This document shows positions 18,566 to 28,822 of a stretch of DNA of 64,000 bases, one piece after another. The DNA comes from a virus (Duplodnaviria > Caudoviricetes): the IMG/VR virus record IMGVR_UViG_3300029319_000020, positions 1-64,000 of that record, one strand, 5' to 3'. Position 1 is the first letter of the stretch; each line of letters begins with the position of its first letter. The notes under the pieces were generated by a model. That model was not told where the DNA came from. It saw only the letters and a program-made list of their open reading frames with translations, and made no database searches. Made by a program: the position numbers and the translations under genes.

Positions 18566-19391
18566 TATAATAAGATATGAAGCCTCTACTTTAGAGACAA
18601 TAGACACTGGTTTATATGAGTGGGTAAATGAATTTTTAGATATTCATACACAAACTAATAAAGGTATGTTTAAAGTGCCTGTGTTGTGGCTTGGAACAGA
18701 GCGTGTTTATCAAATAAAAAATGATCAAAGAATAAGAGATAAAGTAGGAAAGTTAATTTTACCTCTTATGACAATCAACAGAGATTCAGTAGATAAAGAT
18801 CCTTCTTTTAGAGGTTCGTTTCAAGCAAACATAAAAGAAGCAAATGATTATCGTGGTGGTGCAACTAAAAGATCAAGAAAAATAAACCAAGAAAAGACAA
18901 GAAATTTTCAAAATTCAATTGCTAATATTGCAACAAACCAAGAACAAACAACAGGAAAGATAAAAGATAATAATCAAATAGTTTATGATAATTATAATGC
19001 GCCAATACCTGTTTATGTTTCTATAATGTACACTGTTACGTTAAGAACTGAGTATCAACAACAAATGAATGATCTTTTACAACCTTTTGTAACCACAACA
19101 GGGCAGATTAATTCTTTTATATTTGACAAAGACGGTCATCGTTATGAAGCTTTTATACAATCTGGTTTTGGCATGAACAATAACACAACTAACATAGGTG
19201 AAGAAGAAAGAATGTTTGAAACAAAAGTTCAAATAAAAGTTCTTGGTTATTTAATGGGAGAAGGATACACAAGATCAAGATCCGTTAATGCACGGAGAGA
19301 AAACCGAGCAAAAATTGTTATTACTGGTGAAAGAACGATGGTTGGGGATAAAATACCTTGGAAAACAAAAGATAATGATTATAAAGACTAG
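18543..19391 (+). CDS. Tail completion / sheath terminator (gp15-like)
   Basis: LPLMTINR, PIPVYVSIMYTVTLRTEYQQQMNDLLQPF; lies between neck and sheath. Confidence 0.7.
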   Translation: MEYLMQTDIIRYEASTLETIDTGLYEWVNEFLDIHTQTNKGMFKVPVLWLGTERVYQIKNDQRIRDKVGKLILPLMTINRDSVDKDPSFRGSFQANIKEANDYRGGATKRSRKINQEKTRNFQNSIANIATNQEQTTGKIKDNNQIVYDNYNAPIPVYVSIMYTVTLRTEYQQQMNDLLQPFVTTTGQINSFIFDKDGHRYEAFIQSGFGMNNNTTNIGEEERMFETKVQIKVLGYLMGEGYTRSRSVNARRENRAKIVITGERTMVGDKIPWKTKDNDYKD

Positions 19392-19450
19392 TGCTTTTAC
19401 CTTTTCGTGTTACTATTTATTGTTGAGTATTTTTTTTAAGGAGATTATAA

Positions 19451-22219
19451 ATGCCTAGAAAGTTTAGTTTTTTATCGCCTGGTGTGCAGTTGAACGAGAT
19501 TGATGAATCTTTTTTACCAGCTGAGGCGCAAGATCCTGGAGTTATGATTATCGGAACCGCACCAAAAGGACCAGGACTAGAACCAGTTCTTATACCTGAT
19601 TTGCAAACATTTACCGAAGTTTTTGGAGCACCTGTTATTGAGGGCTCATCTGGTGAAGATGTTTGGAGAAATGGAAGTACGTCTGCAACATCATATGGTA
19701 TGGTTGCTGCTGAAATTCATTTTAATACTGGTGTTGGAACACCTGTTAAATACGTTAGACTTACAGGAGAAAAAGATTCTTCTGTTTCTAGTGATGATTA
19801 TTCTGCTGGTTGGAACCTTGGAGAAGCTGGTAATGCTAATACAGCTTTTAGTGACAATATAACAGCTTATGGACTTTGGGTTATTAATGAACAAACGTTC
19901 GTTGATACTGGAAATGCAGATGACAGTAGTGCATCTGGATCTTTGGCTGCTATTTTTTATGTTAGTGGAGCTGCTTTACACTTAAGTGGTACAGTATCAG
20001 GAATGAGTAATCAACAAGCTGCAAACAGTACTGCCGATAAAGGTGTTGGAGTTGCTAGAAAATGTGGAGCAGGAAACATATATAAAATTTCAATCGTTAG
20101 TGATGATGCTACTGTAGCTGATGTACAAAATGTAGATTTTAAAAGTCGTGAATCTGTTCAAGTTTACAACACAAACCCTGAACAATTAAGAGCTTCATCT
20201 AATTTTGGAAAAACAAATAAAAAATATTTCTTAGGTGAAACTTTTGAACTTGAAACAAGCAAGTACACAACAAGTACAGATGCTGGTTCACAATCTGCTA
20301 TTCTGTTCCCACTACAAACTGCTGGTGGACTTAACTGGTCAGATCATAAAAGAGATTGTACGTTTGCTAAATCTGGTTGGTTTATTGACAGAAAACCAAA
20401 TCAAACAAAATTATTTAAACTAACTTCTTTGCACAAAGGAGAGTCTTTTCAAAATGAATATTATCCCACAATTGAATCATTAAGATTAGGTACAGACAAC
20501 CTTGATCCTTCAACATTCAAAGTCTGTATTTACAAGTTTTCTGACAATGTAAGTCCTGTTTTTTCTGCTGTTTGTTCTTTATTACCAGAAAGAGAAGATT
20601 TTATTGGAAAAATGATCGGAGATCAATTTCAAACTTGGGATTCATCACAAAAGAAATATAACTTAAGAGGAAAGTACCCTGTAACTAATAATTATGTTAG
20701 AGTTGAGTTAGCTGATGACGTTGCTAATGGAACTCTTAATGATCCTTTAGCCTTACCAGTTGGTTTTTATGGACCAGCAAAGCCTAAGAAAATTTCAATA
20801 ACATCAGTCGCAAATGGTACCGGTACTATTTCTTCAAATGCATTTATAGTAAATCCAAACTCAGTTCCTCTTGGTCACAACATTGCTGCTTCTGGTGGTA
20901 TGGTTGGTACATCAAGATTAACTTTAGAATGGCCAACATTAAGACTTTCAACTACACAAGCTACTTATGGAGCTGGTTCTTTTATGGGTGTTGATCACAG
21001 TTCTCAACCTGGTGGTGATGTGTCACCTTGTTATGCTGATATTGTTAGAGCTTTACCTGGAAACAATGCTAATGCAATTGATGAACATGCAGACTCTCTT
21101 AATTCTATACTAGCATACAGTTTTATCTTTACCATGGAAGATGTAAAGAAAGCAAACGGATATTTTTATTATGAATCTGGATCTTTCAATGCAGGAACCT
21201 CAGTTGCTGCTGGTGGATCTGTTCAAACTCTTTTTGACGACAATATCAAAAAGTTTAGAGGAAACTTCCACGGTGGATTTGATGGACTAGATATTAAGAA
21301 TTCTTATCCTTTTGCAAATACAATTTTATCAGGAAAATCTGAAGTGACTTCTTATGCTTATAATTCTATTAAGAAAGCACTTTCAACTATTGAAGATCCG
21401 GAGATTACACAATTTGATTTGTTAGCTGTCCCTGGTCTTACTAATACAACTTTAACAGATGATATTTCAAACCTTGCGAAGAAAAGACAAGATTGTCTTT
21501 ATATTATGGATATACCTAGTATTTATCTTCCAAAGTATGAAAATTCAGGAACTGAATCTTTTGGGACTTTGAACACAATTGTTTCAACCTTTAAGAATAG
21601 AAAAGTAGACTCTTCTTATGCTGCTACTTACTATCCTTGGGTAAGATACAATGGGTATGGCCTTGTTCCTCCATCAGTTGCTGCTATTGAAGCTATTTCT
21701 AAATCAGAAGCTCTTTCACAACCTTGGTTTGCTCCTGCTGGATTTAACAGAGGAACAATTAATGCAGCTTCAACAAGTGAACATTTAACAAAAGCTAACA
21801 GAGATGCTCTTTATGAAGCAAGAATTAATCCAATTGCAAAATTTCCTGCTTCTAACCAGATTGTTGCTTTTGGACAAAAAACACTTCAAAGAAGACCTTC
21901 GGCTCTTGACAGAATCAACGTCAGAAGATTGTTGATTTATCTTAAAAGAGAGATTGGTGTCATTGCAGATCAGTTGTTGTTTGATCAAAATGTTGAATCA
22001 ACTTGGGCTAGATTTACTTCACAAGCTTCTGCTGTTTTAGATCAAGTTCAATCTAACTTGGGTATTACAGAATATAAGTTGGTTCTTGACGAAACAACAA
22101 CAACAGCTGATTTGGTCGACAGAAACATAATGTACGCAAAAATTCTTATTAAACCTGCAAGAGCAATAGAGTTTATCGTTGTTGACTTTGTTATAACAAG
22201 AAGTGGCGTTGAATTTTAA
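19451..22219 (+). CDS. gp18: Contractile tail sheath protein (gp18-like)
   Basis: FLSPGVQLNEID, YAATYYPW, PWFAPAGFNRG, LYEARINPI, LDRINVRRLLIYL, IKPARAIEFI. Confidence 0.95.
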   Translation: MPRKFSFLSPGVQLNEIDESFLPAEAQDPGVMIIGTAPKGPGLEPVLIPDLQTFTEVFGAPVIEGSSGEDVWRNGSTSATSYGMVAAEIHFNTGVGTPVKYVRLTGEKDSSVSSDDYSAGWNLGEAGNANTAFSDNITAYGLWVINEQTFVDTGNADDSSASGSLAAIFYVSGAALHLSGTVSGMSNQQAANSTADKGVGVARKCGAGNIYKISIVSDDATVADVQNVDFKSRESVQVYNTNPEQLRASSNFGKTNKKYFLGETFELETSKYTTSTDAGSQSAILFPLQTAGGLNWSDHKRDCTFAKSGWFIDRKPNQTKLFKLTSLHKGESFQNEYYPTIESLRLGTDNLDPSTFKVCIYKFSDNVSPVFSAVCSLLPEREDFIGKMIGDQFQTWDSSQKKYNLRGKYPVTNNYVRVELADDVANGTLNDPLALPVGFYGPAKPKKISITSVANGTGTISSNAFIVNPNSVPLGHNIAASGGMVGTSRLTLEWPTLRLSTTQATYGAGSFMGVDHSSQPGGDVSPCYADIVRALPGNNANAIDEHADSLNSILAYSFIFTMEDVKKANGYFYYESGSFNAGTSVAAGGSVQTLFDDNIKKFRGNFHGGFDGLDIKNSYPFANTILSGKSEVTSYAYNSIKKALSTIEDPEITQFDLLAVPGLTNTTLTDDISNLAKKRQDCLYIMDIPSIYLPKYENSGTESFGTLNTIVSTFKNRKVDSSYAATYYPWVRYNGYGLVPPSVAAIEAISKSEALSQPWFAPAGFNRGTINAASTSEHLTKANRDALYEARINPIAKFPASNQIVAFGQKTLQRRPSALDRINVRRLLIYLKREIGVIADQLLFDQNVESTWARFTSQASAVLDQVQSNLGITEYKLVLDETTTTADLVDRNIMYAKILIKPARAIEFIVVDFVITRSGVEF

Positions 22220-22262
22220 ATAAAAAACTAATTAAGATTATAATATATAGGAGAATAATAAT

Positions 22263-22871
22263 ATGAGTTTTTGGACAGATGGTTCGGTTGAACCAAAAAG
22301 AAATTACAGATACCTTGTTACATTTACAGGAGTTCAAGGTGCAACTGAAAATAAAACAGTTTTGGATGAAACTAATGTTATCTGGTTTGCTAAAAATGTA
22401 ACAGTTCCTTCGTTTAATGTTACTTCGGTAACTCATGATTTCTTGGATAACAAATACTACTATCCTGGTCGCGTTGAGTGGCAAACAATAAGTTTAACTC
22501 TTGTTGATCCAGTTTCTCCTGATGCTGTAGAATTTGTAAACGAAATACTAACAAATACCGGTTATAAAATCAAAGGACAAGGTGCAGCTAAAATAAGCAC
22601 CGGAGCTGGCCTTGGAGCTACAACAATATCAAAATCTGGTGCTATAAAGGCTGGGTTGGGTAACTTAACTATTGATATTATTAATGAAAATGGAGAATCT
22701 TTGGAACAATGGAAGTTGCAAAATCCTTTTATTGAATCAGCAAAGTTTGGAGATCTAGATTATACAAACGATGAGTTAAGAACTGTTGAACTAACCATCA
22801 AGTATGATTGGGCAACCTGTGATGTTGGCGTTAGCAAAGGTGATCCATTCTATCAAATAAAAGACACCTAA
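22263..22871 (+). CDS. Tail tube protein (gp19-like), copy 1
   Basis: YYPGRVEWQTISLTLVDP, EQWKLQNPFI..AKFGDLDY, LTIKYDWA. Confidence 0.85.
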   Translation: MSFWTDGSVEPKRNYRYLVTFTGVQGATENKTVLDETNVIWFAKNVTVPSFNVTSVTHDFLDNKYYYPGRVEWQTISLTLVDPVSPDAVEFVNEILTNTGYKIKGQGAAKISTGAGLGATTISKSGAIKAGLGNLTIDIINENGESLEQWKLQNPFIESAKFGDLDYTNDELRTVELTIKYDWATCDVGVSKGDPFYQIKDT

Positions 22872-22890
22872 TAAAACAGGCAATTAATTT

Positions 22891-23433
22891 ATGTTTTGGA
22901 CTAATCCAACCACAATTGAACCCTTACGACAACACCGTTGGTTATTATCAAACGGTGTTGTTTGGGTTTGGGCAAAATCTGTCAAACCTCCTTCTCATAC
23001 TATTGAAACACAAAAGTATCAAATTGGCAATCACAGGATTAACTATCCCGGTTTGTTGGAGTGGCAAGATGTTACTGTAACCATAGTAGATCTAACCACT
23101 CCTTTAGATGTCCAAGGAACAGAAACACCAAATTCACAAGCATTGTATGATAGCTTGAGAGACAGTGGTTATGATCCTAATGGTGTTGGAGACGGAATAT
23201 CAAAACAAAGGTTAGCTGCTGGTGTAAAACACATTTTTCATGCTACTGCTGGTGCTGAGTTAAAGATTTCACAAATAGACCATACCGGAAAACAAATACA
23301 ACAATGGAAACTATTTAACGCTTTAATTAAAGATGTTACTGTTGGACAACTAGATTATTCTAGTGATGAACTAATTACTATAGATTTAACTATAGCATAT
23401 GACCATGCTGAGTTAACATATCAAGATGAATAA
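22891..23433 (+). CDS. Tail tube-like protein, copy 2
   Basis: NYPGLLEWQDVTVTIVD, QQWKLFNALIK.V.VGQLDYSSDE, LTIAYDHA. Confidence 0.75.
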   Translation: MFWTNPTTIEPLRQHRWLLSNGVVWVWAKSVKPPSHTIETQKYQIGNHRINYPGLLEWQDVTVTIVDLTTPLDVQGTETPNSQALYDSLRDSGYDPNGVGDGISKQRLAAGVKHIFHATAGAELKISQIDHTGKQIQQWKLFNALIKDVTVGQLDYSSDELITIDLTIAYDHAELTYQDE

Positions 23434-23445
23434 CAAGAGGTGTAA

Positions 23446-24264
23446 ATGAAAAACGATTTAATTGATGACAAAAAACAAAACAGCGATGAAACAGCAGCTT
23501 TAAATGTACTTGATTTTATAACACCAACAGAAATAGTAGACTTACCTTCAAAAGGATTAGGATATCCCAAAGATCATGCTCTTTGTGGAAAAGATTCTAT
23601 TGAGATAAAGTTTATGACAGCAAAGGAAGAAGACATTCTATCCTCTGCCTCTCTGTTGAAAAAAGGAATTGCTTTGGAAAGGTTTTTAAAAGCAATAGTT
23701 AAAGATCAATCAATAGACACAGAGAAAATGCTTTCTGGTGATAGAAATGCTGTTATAATTGCGGCTAGGAGGTCTGGCTATGGTGCAGATTATGAAACAA
23801 AAGTTAACTGTCCTGCATGCGGTGAAGTAAACAAAATGACATTTGATTTATCTCAACCAAAAATTAAAGAACCATCAAGCGAAGTTGAAATAGATGATCA
23901 AGGCATAATGACAGTTATGACCCCAATGACAAAAATTGAAATAAAAATGAAGTTAATGAACGGTAAAGACGAAACTTATCTAGCAAAACAAGCCAAAATG
24001 AAGAAAGATAAAAACCTTCCAGATTCTCAAATAACAGATCAGTTCAAAAGAATGATTGTTTCTGTTGCTGGACATACTGATCGTCAAGTTATTAACATAT
24101 ATGTTGATAAAATGCCAACAAGAGACTCAAGATATCTTCGAAAAATATTTAAAGAAGCGTCTCCAAATGTTGAAATAAAAGAAATGTTTACTTGCAGGTC
24201 TTGCAACTTTACGCAAGAATTGGAGGTGCCTTTCGGGGCGGACTTTTTTTGGCCTGACACCTAA
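23446..24264 (+). CDS. Tail / baseplate hub assembly chaperone (gp26-like)
   Basis: VDLPSKG, MTAKEEDIL, two CxxC pairs (CPAC, CRSC), ends ADFFWPDT; located between tube and tape measure. Confidence 0.75.
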   Translation: MKNDLIDDKKQNSDETAALNVLDFITPTEIVDLPSKGLGYPKDHALCGKDSIEIKFMTAKEEDILSSASLLKKGIALERFLKAIVKDQSIDTEKMLSGDRNAVIIAARRSGYGADYETKVNCPACGEVNKMTFDLSQPKIKEPSSEVEIDDQGIMTVMTPMTKIEIKMKLMNGKDETYLAKQAKMKKDKNLPDSQITDQFKRMIVSVAGHTDRQVINIYVDKMPTRDSRYLRKIFKEASPNVEIKEMFTCRSCNFTQELEVPFGADFFWPDT

Positions 24265-24268
24265 ATAT

Positions 24269-24433
24269 ATGGAAACTGTTTATGAACAGTTCTTTTTATT
24301 AAAATATCATAGCGGTTGGTCTTTGATTGAAATGTACAACTTGCCTATTGGATTGCGTAACTGGTTTGTTCAAAGGTTAGAAAAACAATTTAAAGATGAA
24401 AAAGAAGCTATGGACAAAGCTAGAAGAAAATAA
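24269..24433 (+). CDS. Small tail assembly chaperone C-terminal module (gp51-like / GT-like), not in the ORF track
   Basis: METVYEQFFLLKYHSGWSLIEMYNLPIGLRNWFVQRL...; no SD; frame open back through the T7 run at 24244-24250. Confidence 0.7.
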   Translation: METVYEQFFLLKYHSGWSLIEMYNLPIGLRNWFVQRLEKQFKDEKEAMDKARRK

Positions 24434-24484
24434 CAGCTTCTAGCTTTTTGTTTTTAAAACTATTTATTTCACGAGGACTACGCT

Positions 24485-24865
24485 ATGGTTATTGATCTAA
24501 CAAAGAAAAAACTATTAACCGAATCTTGGTTAAAAATGTTTGGAGAATGGAACAAAGAGTTTCTTAAGTATGTTTATGGCAAAGATGTTAAAATGCAAGC
24601 ACAACTTGGTGCTCACAACATACTTGGTAAACTAATGGAAGAGGAAGATGATGGACAAAAATTAAAGTTTGTTATTCGTGGAGAACAACAAGATGTTGAA
24701 GCTTATGCAAAAGCTATATTTGCTGAAAAAGAATATTTGGATCATTTTATTCGATACGGAAAAGATCATCCCCAATCACACAAATCAAAAGAAAAGTTAG
24801 ATCATGCGGTAGATCACTTTGAACAAACAACTGGCATTACTTGGCCATTTAAAGACGAGGCATAA
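24485..24865 (+). CDS. Hypothetical protein
   Basis: GAGGA SD, preceded by ACTATTTA. Confidence 0.6.
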   Translation: MVIDLTKKKLLTESWLKMFGEWNKEFLKYVYGKDVKMQAQLGAHNILGKLMEEEDDGQKLKFVIRGEQQDVEAYAKAIFAEKEYLDHFIRYGKDHPQSHKSKEKLDHAVDHFEQTTGITWPFKDEA

Positions 24866-24869
24866 ATGA

Positions 24870-27623
24870 ATGGCAGACGGAAAGATATCAGTTGAAGAAC
24901 TAGTCAAGCTTGTAGAAGAGAACAGTGACAACAAAAAGCTAAAAGACGCTATGAAAAAACTTGGTGTTATGAAAGGTGCTAAGTTGGATCTTGGAATCGA
25001 TACAGGTGATCTTGAAAAAATGAGACAATCAACTGAATATTTGCGACTTCAGGCTGATTATTTAGCACAGATTGGAGACAGAGAGGCTCTTCGTGAACAA
25101 GTTGCTGAGAATTTAAAAAATCTACAAGAAGAATACGACAAACTCGCTCTTGTAGATGAAACTAGTCCTGTTCTTGAAGAGCTTAAAGCTTTGCAAGAAG
25201 AAGCTATAGAACAAGCAAAAGATCTTGGTTTTGCTATTGACGAGACTGGTAAAAAAATAATGGAATTATCTCCTGCTGCAAAACAAGCTGCAAAAGAAGT
25301 TACACCTGCTTTTCAAAGGTTGGCAAGAAATATGGGTATGGCTTCAAACAAACAAGAAACAATGACAGCTAGTATGATCAGAGGATTTACTATGCTAAGA
25401 TCAAAAGACGGTTTAAAAGGAGTTTTTGAATCGTTTACTTCTGTATTTGGTGCTATAAGCATAGCAGAATCTATAGTCCTTAAGTTTGTTGAGTCAACCA
25501 TAGCTATGGTTAAGCAGTTTGATAAAGCAAGAACCAGTTTTGCTGCTGCTACAGGAGCTGCTGATAAATATACCGGTGCTCTTTTGCAAGCCCAACAGCA
25601 AGGAAATATGCTTGGAGTAACTTTTGACAACGCGGGTAACGCTATAAAAGGAATGTTTGAAAACTTTGTTGGTTTTGTTGATATGTCAGAATCAGCCCAA
25701 GCAGCTTTAGTACAAGATGCTGCTCTTTTTGAAAGAATCGGTGTTAACGCTCAAACATCAGGAAAGATGCTTACAACTTTCACAAGAAACTTGGATATGT
25801 CAGCATCAGGTGCTATGCACATGACCAAAGCTTTATCTCAAATGGGAGATGAAATAGGTGTTTCTGCACAAAAAATGATGTCTGACTTTGAAACAGCATT
25901 TAAATCTTTAGCAGTATACGGAGATCAGTCCATAGAGGTCTTTCAAGGGCTTGCTGCGGCCGCTAAAGCTGCTGGTGTAGAGGTTGCTACCCTAACATCA
26001 ATAGCGGGCAAATTTGATACATTTGCGGGCGCTGCTGAGTCTGTTGGAAAACTAAATGCTTTACTTGGATCTCAAATATCTTCAACAGAAATGTTAATGA
26101 TGACAGAGGATCAAAGAATTGAAACTCTTATACAACAAGTCCAACTAAGTGGAACTAATTTTAAAGATATGAACAAGTTCCAACAAATGGCTATAGCAAA
26201 CGCTGCTGGTATTCAAGACATGGCTGAGGCTCAAAGAATTTTTGGTATGTCTTTTAACGAATACGGAAAGTACAAAGACAGAATGCAAGCTCAAAGTAGC
26301 GTTCAAGAAAATTATGCTAAAGCTATAGAAGCTACTTTAGGTTTTCAAGAAAAGTTTTCTATTTTTATGAGAGAGATGGCTGTTTTTGTAGAGCCTTTAT
26401 CAGAAGCATTTGGTATGCTTTTAGATGGATTTTTAGCTTTTGCTAAACTCGGTGATGGTGTTGTTCTGGCGACACTTGGAATAGTTTCAGTTTTAACTTT
26501 AGCTTATTTTGCTGTGTCAGCTCTTACTGGTGGTTATAAAACAATGATGGCAGTTAAAGAAGTAGCACAAGTTTTACAAAAGGAAGAAATCCTTCAAAAA
26601 CAACTAGCAAATCAACAAGATATTGTTAAAAACACACAACTTATAGCAAACAATTCGCAAAAAGCCATACAAAACGGTTTAGACGCAACAAACAATGCAC
26701 AAAAAACCGTAGAAAATGGACTTACTGCTACAGGTAATGCACAAAAAGAAATAGAAATTGGCGTAAGAACAGGAACAAACAGAATCAAACAACAAGAAAT
26801 AGTAACAAATCAAGGTCTTGCAGGAACACAAACAGAAGTTGGAGTAACTTCTCGTTTTGCAGCCAAAGGTTTGGTGCAAATGGGAGCCGCTGTGGCACTT
26901 ATTGGTGCTGGTATTGCGGCGGCTGCCTTTGGTCTTTCTTACTTTGTTGAAGCTTTTAATGGCTTAAGCGTGGCACAACTAGTAGCAGTGACAGTGGCTT
27001 TAGCAGGTTTTGCAGCAACAGTGTTTGGTATAGTAGGGATCATGGCTATTTTAGTCGCAACAGGTGTAGCAGAAGCAGCCGCACTAGGATTGATAGGAAT
27101 AGGAGCTGGTATTGCATTAATAGGCCTAGGTGTTGGTTTAGCAGGAGCTGGTATTGGCTATATGGCTAAAGGCATTGCTGAGTTAGCTGATAAAGGAGCA
27201 ATAGCTATTGGTGTTTTGGCTGGATTGGCTGCTGCAATGGCAGTACTTGCAGCTAGTACTTTATTGTCTGGTTTTGGTTTTATAGGTGGAGGTAGTTTGC
27301 TACAAAGCTTAAAAGATGATTTAGAAGAAATAGGTACTCTATTAAAGGGAGATGATATACTACAAGACGGTTTAGAAAACATGGCTCTTGTTGTAACAGG
27401 AAGATCAGCTAAAGTAACCACAGAAGGTGCAACAGAGGCAATAACTCAATTAAAAACAGCTTTCTCTGGGCTTATGGAACAAAAAGTTACAATATCACTA
27501 GATATTAAAGACAACGCCTTAGCTGATATGGTTGAAAACGTAGTTATAAATGGTATGGATTCAACCAAAAATGGTGCAATTTACAAAGCAACTGTTAAAG
27601 CAGTTGGTGGTGTAGGAGGATAA
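24870..27623 (+). CDS. Tape measure protein
   Basis: 917 aa, Ala-rich helical protein with C-terminal hydrophobic Gly/Ala segments; canonical position. Confidence 0.85.
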   Translation: MADGKISVEELVKLVEENSDNKKLKDAMKKLGVMKGAKLDLGIDTGDLEKMRQSTEYLRLQADYLAQIGDREALREQVAENLKNLQEEYDKLALVDETSPVLEELKALQEEAIEQAKDLGFAIDETGKKIMELSPAAKQAAKEVTPAFQRLARNMGMASNKQETMTASMIRGFTMLRSKDGLKGVFESFTSVFGAISIAESIVLKFVESTIAMVKQFDKARTSFAAATGAADKYTGALLQAQQQGNMLGVTFDNAGNAIKGMFENFVGFVDMSESAQAALVQDAALFERIGVNAQTSGKMLTTFTRNLDMSASGAMHMTKALSQMGDEIGVSAQKMMSDFETAFKSLAVYGDQSIEVFQGLAAAAKAAGVEVATLTSIAGKFDTFAGAAESVGKLNALLGSQISSTEMLMMTEDQRIETLIQQVQLSGTNFKDMNKFQQMAIANAAGIQDMAEAQRIFGMSFNEYGKYKDRMQAQSSVQENYAKAIEATLGFQEKFSIFMREMAVFVEPLSEAFGMLLDGFLAFAKLGDGVVLATLGIVSVLTLAYFAVSALTGGYKTMMAVKEVAQVLQKEEILQKQLANQQDIVKNTQLIANNSQKAIQNGLDATNNAQKTVENGLTATGNAQKEIEIGVRTGTNRIKQQEIVTNQGLAGTQTEVGVTSRFAAKGLVQMGAAVALIGAGIAAAAFGLSYFVEAFNGLSVAQLVAVTVALAGFAATVFGIVGIMAILVATGVAEAAALGLIGIGAGIALIGLGVGLAGAGIGYMAKGIAELADKGAIAIGVLAGLAAAMAVLAASTLLSGFGFIGGGSLLQSLKDDLEEIGTLLKGDDILQDGLENMALVVTGRSAKVTTEGATEAITQLKTAFSGLMEQKVTISLDIKDNALADMVENVVINGMDSTKNGAIYKATVKAVGGVGG

Positions 27624-27626
27624 TAA

Positions 27627-28484
27627 ATGGCTTTTCCAAGTGTTAATATATCAAGTACCAGTGACTTATCAACAACAATAACTAATATACAAACAGGTCC
27701 TTTGCAGTTCAAAAGCATGATTACAGGACACAAAGTACAATTCAAAGCATTTATAGAGTCTTTATCCAACTCTTTTAAATCAACATGGAACACAGAAAAC
27801 GTTTACGGAAGGATGGATCCGGTAGCAACGTTTCAGAATACCCAAAGAACTATAGCTATCTCTTGGGTTATTCCTGCTGCTAATATATCAGAAGCTCAGC
27901 ATAACTTAAACGCTATTGCATCCTTAAGTTCTATGTTATATCCTGGTTACAGTTCTAATCCTGTTACTGTTGATAATAACACCTTCACAACAGCTAATTC
28001 TATTTCAAGATCTCCTTTGATAAAAATGAAGTTTGCTAACTTAATAAACGCAGCAGGTGAATCTGGTGAAGGATCAGATGGTCTATTGGGGTACGTTGAT
28101 GGTTTTGATCATCAAATAGAGGTTAGTATGGGATTTTTTATTAATAACAAAAAGATGTATCCAAAAGTCATAAAATTAAGTTGCAACTTTACTGTTCTTC
28201 ACCAACATGATCTTGGGTTTGATAACGACAACGATTGGATTTCTGGTAATGATAGTAGCTGGATTTATGATAATGATCAAAAACTAGAAGGACCAACACC
28301 TGAAGTTGCTGGAGACACACCAGATTCTCAAGATCAAGATACAACAAACGCTGCTAACCAAAAAAATCAAGAAAAAATACAAGAAGCAGAGAGAAAACTT
28401 GACGAATGTATTGCGCAAAATGGAAGTACATCTGAAAAATGCATAGACTTATTCCTCGAACTTGAGGCCTTAAAAAGTGAGTAA
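27627..28484 (+). CDS. Baseplate / tube initiator protein (gp48/gp54-like)
   Basis: WNTENVYGRMDPVATFQNTQRTI; follows the tape measure gene. Confidence 0.6.
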   Translation: MAFPSVNISSTSDLSTTITNIQTGPLQFKSMITGHKVQFKAFIESLSNSFKSTWNTENVYGRMDPVATFQNTQRTIAISWVIPAANISEAQHNLNAIASLSSMLYPGYSSNPVTVDNNTFTTANSISRSPLIKMKFANLINAAGESGEGSDGLLGYVDGFDHQIEVSMGFFINNKKMYPKVIKLSCNFTVLHQHDLGFDNDNDWISGNDSSWIYDNDQKLEGPTPEVAGDTPDSQDQDTTNAANQKNQEKIQEAERKLDECIAQNGSTSEKCIDLFLELEALKSE

Positions 28485-28489
28485 CAACA

Positions 28490-28822
28490 ATGAGTAGATA
28501 TAAAAGAAGAAAAATAGTTTTTAACGATGTATACAAAGAAGAAGAGATCTTTGATAAGAGAGGTGTGGAAAAAATAGACCAGTTTACAACTCCAAAGTTT
28601 AAGAACCCTCCAGAAAAGTTGGTTGATAGTATTGATTATTTTCTGTACAACTTCAAACAAGGGGATCGTTTTTTTAAATTGGCACAAAGGTTTTTTAATG
28701 ATCCAAACTTGTGGTACTTAATAGCTTTACTTAACAGAAAACCAACGGAGGCACACGTAAAGCCGGGCGAAAAATTAAAAATTCCAACAAACATCGCCCA
28801 AGCAATTGAGGTACTAGGATGA
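28490..28822 (+). CDS. LysM-like / gp53-like baseplate protein
   Basis: KQGDRFFKLAQRFFNDPNLWYLIALLN...PGEKLKIP. Confidence 0.75.
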   Translation: MSRYKRRKIVFNDVYKEEEIFDKRGVEKIDQFTTPKFKNPPEKLVDSIDYFLYNFKQGDRFFKLAQRFFNDPNLWYLIALLNRKPTEAHVKPGEKLKIPTNIAQAIEVLG

